Below are positions 13,770 through 26,801 of a stretch of DNA of 64,000 nucleotides, in pieces; position 1 is the first letter of the stretch; each line of letters opens with the position of its first letter. This DNA is from Eledone cirrhosa. Lineage: Eukaryota. The position numbers and the translations under genes were made by a program. The notes below the pieces were generated by a model. It made no database searches, was not told the DNA's origin, and worked only from the letters and a program-made list of their open reading frames with translations. The stretch covers positions 122,388,001-122,452,000 of the forward strand of contig OZ024742.1 of NCBI GenBank assembly GCA_964016885.1, given 5' to 3'.

Positions 13770-16109
13770 CTATTTAAACAGTTAGTCAGGTTAGCCCCTC
13801 TGGAATATTTTTGTTGGAATATACCATCCTTCTTGTGGCAGATTATATATATTTATGTTAGGTTTGATATACGACCAAACGCATTCTAATAGCGACCATC
13901 CGTTCATTTACTTTGGCAGAGAATTTTATTAAACTGTGAGTCCTTTCTTTTTTAACAGAGTATAATATAGCTGGAAGGAGATATAGTTGCTATTTCTAGC
14001 AACGCAATGGATTAAGTAAGTGGCCCATGATTGATTAGATGTAGCCACGTAGACTTCACTGTTGCAAGCAGTAGCAACACTTTAAATTAGAAAACCATTA
14101 TTCCTCTTGACTTAACTAAAACCGTTCATGATTACTCTAATCCCATTTTTGAGAGCCTATCACAAGCTGTTATTGACGACGCTCCCAGTCAACGTTTGGT
14201 TGACTAAATTGTTGACCCGGGCCCTATAAGCTTTACGTGCCGAGGAAGACATGTTCAGCTTCCAGTAATCAGGTTCTAACCTACGTATTCTATCCAGGTC
14301 GACCTGCAGATCACAAAATTGTGATCTGAGTAGGGAACCTTTTGTAAATGTGGACAACCTGTACTATGATTATCTACTGACTTAATAAAGAACTTATCTA
14401 TATAGGATATAAATGACCCTATGTAGATTTTTCAGCTCCACACTGGCGCATTAGGGAAATCGCGTCGGTACCTTTCAGACAATTGGAACAGGCTGATAAG
14501 GCACTTTAGGCTTTTGCATCCCAAGCTCCTATCAGCTACTCCATCGAAATCTCAGCATGTGTCTAAGCACCCTTTCCACCAAGATTAAATGGTGAGAAAG
14601 GTCTGAAATCTTATTCTAGCTGACGGCTATCACATCCATTGCTAGTGACCTAGGATCATTGATGAAGTGCCCTTGCTTCCAGGTGAACCCTTGGGCTAAA
14701 TAAATTTAAACAACACCAGGGAAGGTCTCCTTAGTGTTTTATAGGTGTTTTATGGCATTCGCACCATCAGCAGTGTTTGGGATACTTTACAGGCGCAGAT
14801 GCCTAACATCTCCCCCTCTTTTACTATAGCTTGACTTTGTTTTACAAGAGTCATACTTTTTTTGTTGGCCTTTCTTAGTAGAAGGAAGCTGGTTGTTTAT
14901 ATTGGTTTCGGTGACTGCGCGTCTTTTCTTTTGTGGGTCATGAACTGCACTTGTGTTAGTGTTGTTGGTGTGGGTTGTGCTTTTCTTTTTTTACGCTTGT
15001 GGCGTTGGTGCTGTTATAGGTGTGTCTGTGTTTGTTGTGGGTGTGTTTTCCATACTTGTTGGTGTATGTGAACATTATTTTTCTTTTTTTGTATCCCGTT
15101 TCGTTTTTTTTCGGTTTTTTGGTGTCTCTCCTCATCTTCACTTGAAGATGAGTAAGATTTAGTGTCCGGGGACTCTGTATCAGAGGGGAGTGTGAGTGTG
15201 TTTGTGGGTGTGTGTCTGCTTGAAAGAGGGGAAGGAGAGCTTGATCGAGTGAGACTCGTGGTGGTTGGTGTTGTTTTCAATGTTGTTGTTGGCAGTTCTG
15301 TCACTTTTTCCGCTGCTGATATTGGTGCAGCTGTTACTGCTGCTTTTGTTATTGTAGATATTTTGGGTTCAGTTTTAGCGGCAATGGAGTACTGTGATCT
15401 GTTTTCAGTTCAGAAAAAAGGCTCCAAAGTTTATTTTTCCTCCGCACGATTGACAGCCCTATGCCACCCGGTTGGCCTATGGTGTCGGGTAAGTCCTCCA
15501 TCTGTTCGAGTTTTAAGTGGAACACTATTTCACTGCTGGTTCCCAATCAGAGTTCCCTCTGGGTGAGCTCCACATCTAGGATGGAGTAGCTTTTGCTGTC
15601 TAAGTCACCGGTAGAACCCACCATATGTTATATTCTGGTGGATGCCAGGAATCTTTACTCTTACTGTACTTCTTCCTTGGTAGGAAGGATGCAGTTTGAA
15701 TTGGCCAGTTCGGACGGGGATCACAGACATTTCACGGCCAGATCTTTACCCTTAATGAGCACTGAAATGGTTGCGCATTACTTTGCCCTGGCAATGTGAC
15801 CTATGTCGGGCATTATCTCTCTCTTGCACTCATTCTATGGTTATACTTATGGAAGTCTGAATTTGATTTCTACAGTTCTGTATGTCAAGATTCTTCTGTA
15901 CAATGCTGCCAACACCCCGGATGGGGAATCTGTGTCTACCCTTGATATTTAGCGCTTGATTAGAGCGGTTGCTTGTGTGAAATACACATCTATTTTTCTA
16001 AGTTGTGATAATTTCCATTGATTATTTTTGCGGTAGCTGCAAATGTGTTGTTCTTGTCAATGTTTTTGTTGTTGTTTCTTGTTGTCATCGAGGTGGTGTT
16101 GGCGTCAGT

Positions 16110-17340
16110 GTTTCTATTTGTGTCGTTGTTGGTTTTTGATTTAAAATGTAGTATTTGTGTCGTTGTTTGTTTTTGATTTAATATGTACTATTTGTGTCGT
16201 TGTTGGTTTTTGATTTAATATGTACTATTTGTGTCGTTGTTGGTGTTTGATTTAATATGTACTATTTGTGTCGTTGTTGGTTTTTGATTTAATATGTACT
16301 ATTTGTGTCGTTGTTGGTTTCTGATTTAATATGTACTAGTTGTGTCGTTGTTGGTTTTTGATTTAATATGTACTAGTTGTGTCGTTGTTGGTTTTTGATT
16401 TAATATGTACTATTTGTGTCGTTGTTTGTTTTTGATTTAATATGTACTATTTGTGTCGTTGTTGGTATTTGATTTAATATGTACTATTTGTGTCGTTGTT
16501 GGTGTTTGATTTAATATGTACTATTTGTGTCGTTGTTTGTTTTTGATTTAATATGTACTAGTTGTGTCGTTGTTGGTGTTTGATTTAATATGTACTATTT
16601 GTGTCGTTGTTTGTTTTTGATTTAATATGTACTACTTGTGTCGTTGTTGGTGTTTGATTTAATATGTACTATTTGTGTCGTTGTTGGTGTTTGATTTAAT
16701 ATCTACTATTTGTGTCGTTGTTGGTTTTTGATTTAATATGTACTATTTGTGTCGTTGTTGGTTTTTGATTTAATATGTACTATTTGTGTCGTTGTTGGTT
16801 TCTGATTTAATATGTACTAGTTGTATCGTTGTTTGTTTTTGATTTAATATGTACTATTTGTGTCGTTGTTGGTGTTTGATTTAATATGTACTATTTGTGT
16901 CGTTGTTGGTTTTTGATTTAATATGTACTATTTGTGTCGTTGTTTGTTTTTGATTTAATATGTACTATTTGTGTCGTTGTTGGTGTTTGATTTAATATGT
17001 TCTATTTGTGTCGTTGTTGGAGTTTGATTTAATATGTACTACTTGTGTCGTTGTTGGTTTTTGATTTAATATGTACTATTTGTGTCGTTGTTGGTGTTTG
17101 ATTTAATATGTACTACTTGTGTCGTTGTTGGTTTTTGATTTAATATGTACTATTTGTGTCGTTGTTTGTTTTTGATTTAATATGTACTATTTGTGTCGTT
17201 GTTGGTGTTTGATTTAATATGTACTACTTGTGTCGTTGTTGGTTTTTGATTTAATATGTACTATTTGTGTCGTTGTTGGTTTTTGATTTAATATGTACTA
17301 TTTGTGTCGCTGTTGGTTTTTGATTTAATATGTACTACTT
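16110..17340. repeat. 37-bp tandem satellite, about 33 copies
   Basis: Unit GTACTATTTGTGTCGTTGTTGGTTTTTGATTTAATAT repeated head to tail with few variant positions and no spacers. Confidence 0.97.
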
Positions 17341-17399
17341 GTTACAGAGCGGACTGTGACAGGTTTGGAAAGAATATATCGGGCCTTATTCACACGTCG

Positions 17400-17820
17400 T
17401 GACTGTTGCTACTGTTGTAGCCGATGCTGCTGTTTCTGCCGCCGTTGCTGTTGCTGTTGTTGCTGCTATTGTCGCTGGTTGTATTATTGCTGCTGCTGTT
17501 GCTGTTGTAGCTGGTGTTGCTGTTGCTAATGTGGTTGCTGTTGCTGTTGTTGCTGCTACTTTCGCTGGTGGTATTATTGCTGCTGCTGTTGCTGTTGTAG
17601 CTGGTGTTGCTGTTGCTAATGTGGCTGCTGTTGCTGTTGTTGCTGCTACTGTAGCTGGTGGTATTATTGCTGCTGCTGTTGATGTGGTGGCTGCTGCTGC
17701 TGTTGCTAATATGGCTGCTGGTGTTGTTGTTGCTGCTACTGTTGCTGGTGGTATTATTGCTGCTTCTGTTGCTGTTGTGGCAGCTGTTGCTAATATCGGT
17801 GTTGTTGCTGTTGTTGGCGA
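17400..17820. repeat. 90-bp minisatellite built from GCT/GTT triplets, about 4 copies
   Basis: The anchor gtattattgc occurs at 17481, 17571, 17661 and 17751. The minus strand encodes 30-aa repeats such as IIPPATVAATTATAATLATATPATTATAAA. Confidence 0.92.
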
Positions 17821-18176
17821 CGGTGGTCCTATTGTCAATAACGCTGGTGAGCCTTGAGGTAGTGCTGACGGCCTTGACCGTCACGTATCATCATTTGTTC
17901 ACTCGTGCTAGATTTCGAGGGAGCGTTGCCTCCATTAAAAAAAAAAATGTACTAACGATGCAAAAGAAACAAAAGGTAATACAAATATTTGGGCCAAAGA
18001 CCCAAGTATATTGGAGTCTCCACGCTTGAGTGTAAAGTCAAAGTGCTTGCGTCCCTTTCACGATAACAAAAATTAAAAATATATAATTTATAACATATAA
18101 ATAAAGAGAATTACAGGAGCCAACAAAAAGACGTCTGACCACACCGATAATCAATAAAAATAATATTTGAAATATC

Positions 18177-18389
18177 AATAATTGTTTCGTATTTAGGCAC
18201 AAGGCCAGCCATTTTGTGAAAGAGGAAAGTCGATTAAATCGACCCCAGTGCGTGACTTTATTTTATCTACCCCATAAGGATGAAAGGCAACATTAACTTC
18301 GGTGGGATTTGAACTCAGATCATAAAGGGCCGTAACTCTATGCTGCAAAGCATGGCGTCCGACCCTCTACTGATACTGCCAATCCACCG
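18177..18389 (-). mobile_element. SINE family 1
   Basis: Tail, body, B box and A box on the minus strand. Confidence 0.88.
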
Positions 18390-18777
18390 TCCTCATTTAC
18401 AATAACAATAATAACAGAAATAATTGTTAAATAAATTGCTAAAAGACTATATAAAGTAGATGACGTGCTTATGAGAAATTAAGTATAGGGAATCCAAATC
18501 CGGAACATTTGAAAGCAAATTCATCTGGATTTAAAAAGCCATCCCTTTAGAGGTTTATTCTACTATGAACATAATGATATTATTAATTCCTTCTTGACAC
18601 GAGACCTGCTATTTCGCGAAATTGGAAAGTAGAGGGTAGACCCAATTAATTGACTGGTATTTTATATTATCGAATCAGGAATGATGAATAGCAAGGGTGA
18701 AATCGGCGTGATTGTAACTCAGAATGTAGATCCGTCCAGTGTTCTGCAAATTTAATACCCACTGTATCAATAAGATT

Positions 18778-18964
18778 GCGGTGAATTGGCAGTATCGGTA
18801 GATGGTCGGACACCATGCTTTCCAGCATAGTTACGTCCCTTTACGGTCTGAGTTCAAATCCCGTCGAAGTTAACTGTGCCTTTCATCCTTACGGGGTCGA
18901 TAAAATAAAGTACCAGTAATGTACTGGATAATTGCTAGCCTTGTGGCAAAAGTATAAACAATTA
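18778..18964 (+). mobile_element. SINE family 1, full length
   Basis: gcggtgaattggcagtatcggtag...gagttcaaatcccg...aagtataaacaatta. Confidence 0.9.
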
Positions 18965-20699
18965 ATAATAATAACCATTATAATTAGGAAATTAAATGTT
19001 AAATATATTGATAATCTGCCTGCCCTGTCATAAAATAAAGTGTTAACATAATTTTGAATTGTAGTCATCTGAAGAGCTTAGACTGTAAAAGCCAAGAGAA
19101 ATAGGATATATCAACACTTAATATAGGGAATGTCGAATGGTGATAAAATACAGGAATATTATAAATAAACGAGAATTCATCGAGTAAAATATCAAGAAGC
19201 AATCAAAAGGAAACAGCTGAATATTAGAAGGTAGCATTACTGGAAATAAATTATATTTGTGATCATATTAAGGCTCCTTCCATTACAGGTTTCAAGTCTA
19301 ATTACTGCGATGGAGAGGGTTTAGACGTTTACAAAATGACAGAAAATTCGGTAAAGCAAGAACAAAATAATAATTTGAAACGGAATTCCTAAATAAATAA
19401 TTCAGAGAGGAACATCTCTATAACTGATATCCTGATGACTTCAATAAAAAAAAATAATTGAGCATCCATGAAAATCAAAGAGACAGAAACGAGCTATACA
19501 ACTATAAAATTACAAAGATCCTGTATAACAGGAAAGCAATACCGATGGTAATTGGTGTCCATGGTTATGAAATATAATAAATATGACTGAAACATAAAAT
19601 CACCCTCAACTTACAACTTACAACTTATTCTAAAAAGACTAATCTGGTTACTTATAAATTTCACCCTACAGAAGATATTACCGATCTGACAGCAATTCAC
19701 ACACATTACACGTTCAAAATGTTTTACACGGTACATAATATGCTTAATCGTTATAGGGAACCTTAATAATCCACGCAACCCACACAACACGTATTCTAAA
19801 CAATTATCACCGACACTAAAATGCGTAGTCTACACAATGGATCAATGAAATACTAAAGTAACATAATCATCTATAAAAGAAAGTCCTAAAACAAAGCAAA
19901 ACCTATATAATATACACACACCATTCTACACTCCTAAACTGCAATGCCGTATATATTTTATGAATATTAAGAACTATTCGGTTGTATAGAAACTATTCCA
20001 TGGAAACATTGTAGATGTAGTAAAAAAATAAATAGGTTTTGTATGATGAGTAGTTTGTCACTTACAGACATACATCGTCAACGTTGGATTTCTGGTTAAT
20101 ATCATTTAGCACTGAAGAAATATTTGTGAAGAAAGGAAAAATTAAATATGAAAATAGGTACTTATTTTAATGATGACGGATTCACAGGTAAATAAAACAT
20201 TAACCTATGGTTTTCCGAATATAACCCCTTCGTTATTGAACGGTCACGACTTTTGAAGAAAACCCAAACTGTATCTCAGGGACAAACGAAATCAGAGAGA
20301 TACACGTAAAAAACGTAGAAGCAGTTCGAATGATTACACTGAGGAGTTCGTCAAATGAACATATAAAATATATTACTATATCAATAGAATTTGAATTATT
20401 CTAAAATCTAACAAAGCACCATCATACATACCTGTCACCCTCTTATAAACAACAGAAAAATGCTTAGTGACGTTCATCTAGTCATCCTTGACCCCAACCG
20501 ATACAGGTTTCTTTCCATCGCACGAATTGATTTCAGACTGCTAAATTCAACCACTACATTACTCAGAAACATAAGAGAAAGAATACTTGTCAGTTCTTTC
20601 AACAATGAAAAAATAAAAACATTTGTAGCCACAATCCTAACAATCTGGATCACCAAAGCGTTTTATTTCATTATTTGCTATGGTGCAGACACAAGCGGC

Positions 20700-21725
20700 C
20701 GTAAACGAATGTAACAAAATGTTGAAGTCCAAACTACAAATAAAATAAGAGGTTAATGGAAACTAACTTTAATCCTCGTTGAGATTAACAACAAACATAG
20801 AAACAGAGAATAAATGAAGAATAAGAATAGAATACAAAGAACTACAATAGCTGTACAACACAAAGGTGAGCCTAAGATAAGGAGTTCTCCGAAAATCTCA
20901 ATGAATCCGTCGATTTGAAAAGCGATAAAACATTCTTGAAAAGAACAGCATCTCTGAACAAAATTGATTTTATCAAGAAATAAGTAAAAACAAAATAGAA
21001 TTTAGTGAAAGGATTTTAGGGAAAAGCTATGGAAAGACAAATTAAGCGGCACCGATGATGAAACTAGAATGAGGAAGCACAACAGTAGAATAATTGTGGA
21101 AAGAAAGAAATATGCTTAAATTACTCAGAAAACAGAAAATACGAACTACAATAAAATACCAAGGAATAAAAAAAAATTCAAATATCTCGCTAAAATCGGT
21201 TATTTACAAATTAATTTTCTTTTCTTTTTGGTTTTTATTCATTAATATGTGGTCATGCAGTGGCATCATCACCAAAGGTTTTGTCAATTGCCTTGGCTCA
21301 AATAATTATTTGATCGACTGCCACATAGTTTATTGATTCCAGAGGATAAAGGTTAAAGAATAGCAAGGACAAATTTGAACTTAGAACACAAAGCGACGTA
21401 AGCAAATACCGAATGGTAATTTGCCCGATACACGGCATATTCTGCTATAGAAGTTACTGAGAAAAATCTAACATCAATTTTATCTCAAAGAAGAAAAACT
21501 TCGCGAAAGCATGAGAAACCATGTTCTTCGAGAAGAACAGAGATAATTCTGCAAAGATATTATATTGATCAATCGATTAGCTTCTGATCGATAAAACTAT
21601 CACTAAAAACTATAGAAGAACAAGAAAGAATAAACAGAACCTGATATGGATTGATTACCAGAAGGTTTCCAAACACGTATATTCCAGAAATATTGTCGCA
21701 AATAAAGTAATAACAATAATAAGAT
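20700..21725 (+). pseudogene. Very old R4/Dong-like LINE remnant, interrupted by a diverged SINE (about 21260-21445, minus strand)
   Basis: Remnants LREEQR...CKDIILI and WIDYQK echo the motifs of the 9720-12529 element. Confidence 0.4.
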
Positions 21726-21999
21726 ACATCAAATAAGAACTGAATGAATGCCTTCTATATATTTATATTCAAAGATATATATATATATATATATTTATAA
21801 ATACTTTTATATATACGCCAAAAGTAATTTCAGCATGTAGATAGCAAAAGTTTCGGTCATTCTACGCATAATGTGCTTAACACCAGTATCATTAACCTAC
21901 ACACTAAATCATAGTGTGACTAGATGTATTATATATATGACAATATTAAAAAATAAATGCATATATGTAGAAGGAGAGGGGAATACAAAATAAAACAAA

Positions 22000-22245
22000 C
22001 AAATATGCTACTGAATGAGGATAAATTTGAAATAATCCGCTTTGCAAAAGCGGATGCTCCTAAACTATCATATCTTCTTCCCTCAGTTGAAACATTCGTA
22101 CAATGCAACAACACAAGAGACCTGGTAATTGTTGATAACAACCTGAGCTGGGCTACGCATATATACAATAAAGTTGACTTAGCTCGAAGGAGGTGTTCCT
22201 GCATTCGCAGAACGTTCACCTTCGATGGAGGAATACCTCAAGAAT
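22000..22245 (+). pseudogene. CR1/L2-type LINE RT C-terminal fragment
   Basis: LLNEDKFEIIRF...RDL.VIVDNNLSWATHI.NKV..A.R.....RRTF matches the LNxxK / RDLGV...LsW..HI pattern. Confidence 0.7.
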
Positions 22246-22639
22246 AAGAATGTGATATATATATTGCTGCTACTTAACTGGTTTACGAGTATGTTATAAT
22301 AATAAATATATCATATGCATCAGTATACTATCCGGAAAGTACAATAAGAATACAGTAGTATGTACTGTATGTTTTGGTTTAAAAATTGAACATAGCTTAT
22401 CGGTTTCTGACTTCTAACTGTGACAGTTGAGGGATAGACAGAATGAAGGATGTCCTGTAAAAATAAAATTGAAAGGTAAAAATGTTAAGGTAAGGCAGTC
22501 ATAGAAAATTACATATAACAATCATAGAAAGATTACACACACGCACCATCATACATATATATGTTTTTCGTATGTATATATACATACATACATACAAACT
22601 AGATTCAAATTTATAAGGTCTCCTTTCAGAGTAAATGTA

Positions 22640-22678
<39 letters not shown>

Positions 22679-22679
<1 letters not shown>

Positions 22680-23640
22680 TACTTTGGGAGGGTCATGTTG
22701 CCAATAAGAAACTTATGCACCAGTTGCTTTCACTTCAATTTATTATAAATTAAATTTATAAATTTAGGAATTTATAAATTTCCGGTTGGTTGGTTGGTTC
22801 CACAACCATACGATTGTTCATATATTGTCAAAGTTCTTTCGTCACACAATCTGTGTCTTCTTCAGTGACTTCTTTTCTTTGTTTTTGTGCCTCTCCTTAG
22901 TTCTGTCCTACGCCATCTTGTTTTTGTGTGTGTTGTGTGCTTTGTTTGCGCATGTGTTTCATCCGGGTGTCTGTGTGTGTTTATATTTGTTTATTTATTT
23001 GTTTATTTACATGTTACTGATTGGTTGTTTGTTCTATGTGTGTGTGTTTTCATTTTGTCCTTAATTGTAAGTTGTGATGTTGCTGTTCCATTCATGTTTT
23101 CTATTTAAATTTGGTTGGAGTTCATTTATGTTTATTGCCTCTGTGATTTGTCTAAACATTGCGTCTTTTCTGTGTGTAGATTCTATTTTTATTTCTATGT
23201 TTTCTAATTTACCCTTATGTTCTATTTTAGTATGTTGGTAGAGTACAGATGATTCTTTACTATCTTAAATGAACACTGGCGAGACCTTCAAGATAGTAAA
23301 CAATCATCTGTACTCTACCAACATGCTAAAATAGAACATACGGGTAAATTAGAGAAAATATGTTCTCTAATTTACCCTTATGTTCTATTTTAGCATGTTG
23401 GTGAAGTACAGATGATTCTTTACTATCTTGAAGCTCTTGCCAGTGTTCATTTATCCGTTCCCCAACAAACCGGAAATTTATAACTTCCTAAATTTATAAA
23501 TTTAATTTATAATATATTGAAGTGAAGCTACTAGTGCGTGTGTTTCTTATTGGCAACATGACCCTTCCAAAGTATTAACAATATCGGTTTCAACACACGT
23601 TTTCGATAAAGAATCTTGCTAAACAAATTCAGAAACGAAA
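22679..23640. mobile_element. Rearranged remnant of the Naiad-like PLE (terminal repeat plus end of the GIY-YIG domain)
   Basis: Nearly identical to parts of 36355-37050 in both orientations and flanked by (TA)n on both sides. Confidence 0.9.
22827..22869 (-). ncRNA. Minimal type I hammerhead motif (PLE terminal repeat)
   Basis: Minus strand: gtca-CTGAAGA-agacacagattgtgtgac-GAAA-gaac-TT-tgac. Stem II is weakened relative to the other copies. Confidence 0.55.
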
Positions 23641-25099
23641 TATATATATATATTTATATATATGTGGTATATATATATGCGGAGTGATAGTGGGACCAAG
23701 AGAGACAGAAGGAGATAAAATCCCTAGTTGCAAAGATGAAAGCAATGTCAGAGGAAAATAAATGTAAGAGGAGTTAGGATGAGAGAAAAAATAATAGAGA
23801 ATGAGAGCGGCTGTAAAAAAGAAAGTAAAATAATGAAAACAGAAAAACTAATTAGAGGAAATGAGAAAAAGAACAGATATATACACATGATAAATAGGCT
23901 GTAGTAGTTTGGTTGAAGAAACAATTAAGCAGATAGACAAACACAAATCAGAAAAAACAAAATGGATGTAGCGTGGATGAATCCAACATATAAGAGAGAA
24001 AGAGGAAAAACCCGATAACCATAAACAGTGACGACACATATATAAGACAGAAATGAACTACTGAATAGAAAGAAGAATAAATGAATTTTAAGAAGAATGA
24101 CACAGGAGAAGTTAGCATTAAAATAAATCACGAGTTAAATCATCATAAACCTTTATGTAAGTTAGCTTATAAGATAAATAAAAGTACTGACGAACAACCT
24201 ATTACACACGCCTAAAACCATAAAACAACTTTACAAACACTATATATTGAAACAGGAATTCTTCCAGAAAAGAACGAACGATAGTTTAGTGCAAAACAGT
24301 TTTACAAATTGCCAACCTTAATTTACTATTGAAAATCTGTTTGAAAACATTCAATTTCATCCTGGCATTATTCAGAAAATATCTTTTATTTTTTATTTAC
24401 ATTTATATTTTTGATATTTTTCATACCAATTCAAATTGCCTTTCAGCTAATTCTGAATTAATCATTTAGGTTCAGATGTTTAGTAACATTTGTGACCTTG
24501 TAACTGCTAGAGAAACCAAAATATATTCAGTGGAAAGACTTCATTTTAAATATTCTTTCCTCCTGATTTACAAAAAAAGAAAAAAAAACAGAATTCGGAG
24601 ACATACACACAAGCACGCGAACGTACATAATGTATATATCTATATCTATATATATGTATGTGTGTGTGTTGGGGGGGGGGCTGTTTATACATAAGTGTGT
24701 AATGGTTTTCCTGTTGCATTGCGGAATATTAATATAATTGTGATATCGAGTCACCAAGAAGGCGTCGTGGGTGTGAAAAATTTGGTGGTTGTAAATTGCT
24801 TTATATGACAACATTTCAACCAGTATCTCCTGACAGGGGTTATAATGTAGGCTACGTGTATCGCTAGTGAATGGATGCGTAATTGTTGTTTAGAATAGGA
24901 CCTGCTAGTAGCCTATATTAGCCAATACGTTAGCAATTTAGGTAGGTTGTTGATGCCTTCTGTGGCTCGATTGATTTGATCAGTTTTTTCTACGTATGGT
25001 TTCAGACAGATCAGGCGATGACTCTACAGCCGCATGCCCTAAGCAGTTGTATATTTTATGTATTGCGTCTACGAAGCTTTTGATATGAGAAATATAAAG

Positions 25100-25440
25100 G
25101 GCCTTGGCGGAGTATTAGCAAAATTATTAGGGCATCGAATAAAATGCTAAACTAGGTTCAAATTCTTTAAGAGTACATGTAATCAACTTTCTCCCTCCCA
25201 ACAAATTGTTGGACTTGAGTCTAATTTGGGAACCATTACTAAAGGTGATGGTTTGGCAGAATTAGTTAAGCAGCACATAAAAGGCCAATGCATTATCTGT
25301 TCTGGATATTTACATTCTGAAGTCAACTTTGCCTTTCATCCATCCAATCTATAAAATAATCCATCCAATCTATAAAATAACGGATAAGCCAAGTACTGGG
25401 TTGAATTAAGTACTTATGCCCTTTATTGACCTTTTGTCTT
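25100..25440 (+). mobile_element. Diverged SINE family 1-related fragments
   Basis: gtcaactttgcctttcatcc...ataaaataa...aagtactggg with degenerate heads. Confidence 0.5.
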
Positions 25441-25744
25441 AGATATATATCAATATGGGCAAGATGTAAATTTCCTTATTTTCCCGATTTTAAGTAGGGA
25501 TAGTAGCTCTGTCTAAACAATATTTAGAAAATTCCTGTGCGCCATTTTTCTAATAGCGTAACTGTTATCATTGTTTAATACATATGTATCTATACACTTG
25601 CATCGATTTAGTAAAGTGCGTATTTGCTTTTATAAGCCTTTCTGTGACAATATACATCCTACATGTAATGGCAAAGACATTTTCTACAATTTAGTAACCC
25701 GTATTTTGTAGTGTAATTGATTGAGATCGCATTATACTGATGGT

Positions 25745-25952
25745 GAAGGCACGTTACCTGGTTGTAATGTGTTGGACTTACGATCATAATGTCGTGGGTT
25801 CTATTTCTTGACTGGGTTGCGTTCATTTCACGTTGATCCAGTATTCTCAGCTGAAAATGATTACCAGCTGGGGTTTGGGGGTTTTAACACTGCGATGGAC
25901 TACGGAAAACGGGATTAGCTCCGGTGTTATGAGCATCCGGACACGAGACAGT
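25745..25952 (+). mobile_element. Diverged tRNA-derived SINE, family 2
   Basis: tRNA-like head ...cgatcataatgtcgtgggttctatttc..., similar in layout to 46946-47235. Confidence 0.45.
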
Positions 25953-26712
25953 CAATAATGATTTTACTGATGTGGATTATACTGATGAAGCTTCAGATTC
26001 TTCATGCTATATGACTAGTATATAAGTACCAATTCATTTTACATTCTCCTCTGGTTTTAGCAATATTTCCAGTATAAAGTTTGTGCAGATAGATTTTGCA
26101 TTCTATTTTTATTCCCTATTTCGGTATTTTCTTGTGAAAAATTAAGATTTGCTTTTAGTGCAGTGTTTAAGCAACATTTACACACGGCTTTCAGCCCAAG
26201 ACATTTGAGTAGTTGCTGTTTTTATTCTAAGTGAATTCCGTCCATTTACTTTTGCCAAATATTGGCAATGAAGGAGCTAAAACGTCTAAAACACCATAGT
26301 TTTATTATGGTGTTTTAGACGTTCGTTTTTATTATAAGTAGCAATATATCACCGAAGGATTGAACACTGTATTCGCTTGTGCTACCTTCCTGGCAATATC
26401 ATTGATTAAATGTCCTCAAACATTCACTTAACATAAGTTAGGAGTCACAGAGTAAAAGCTAATTTTTATTTTAGTAGTGAAGACTCATAATGGTAAATCG
26501 GTAATGTAGAAGTAAAGAAGAATTTGTACAGAGAAGAGACGTGATTGTAATCATAACAAAACAAAGAACATTTCTTTAGACACACACACACATAGAAGCA
26601 TACACAATTAACAGAAACACGTAAAAACATACTGACACAAGGTACACGTAGACACATTATTATGCAAGCATACACACACTCACACATATATGTACGTGCA
26701 TATGTTGGTGGC

Positions 26713-26716
<4 letters not shown>

Positions 26717-26797
<81 letters not shown>
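26717..26797. repeat. (GA)n microsatellite
   Basis: Seen directly. Confidence 0.97.

Positions 26798-26801
<4 letters not shown>

Larger units (their letters stand above)
14090..17940 (-). mobile_element. Degraded L1/Tx1-type LINE (5' region, ORF1 and APE endonuclease; RT missing)
   Basis: Minus-strand remnants: KQGHFINDPRSL.MDVIAVS, then FQLSERYRRDFPNAPVWS, SYIDKF, YSDHNFV and PDYWKLN (L1/Tx1 endonuclease pattern). Upstream ORF1-like pieces: YRTVEIKF, HIARAK, KLHPSYQGRSTVRVKIPGI. Boundaries are approximate. Confidence 0.7.

Noticed and set aside
16110-17340. CRISPR array (37-bp repeats)
   Set aside because: Units are contiguous with no unique spacers, there are no cas genes, and the context is eukaryotic.
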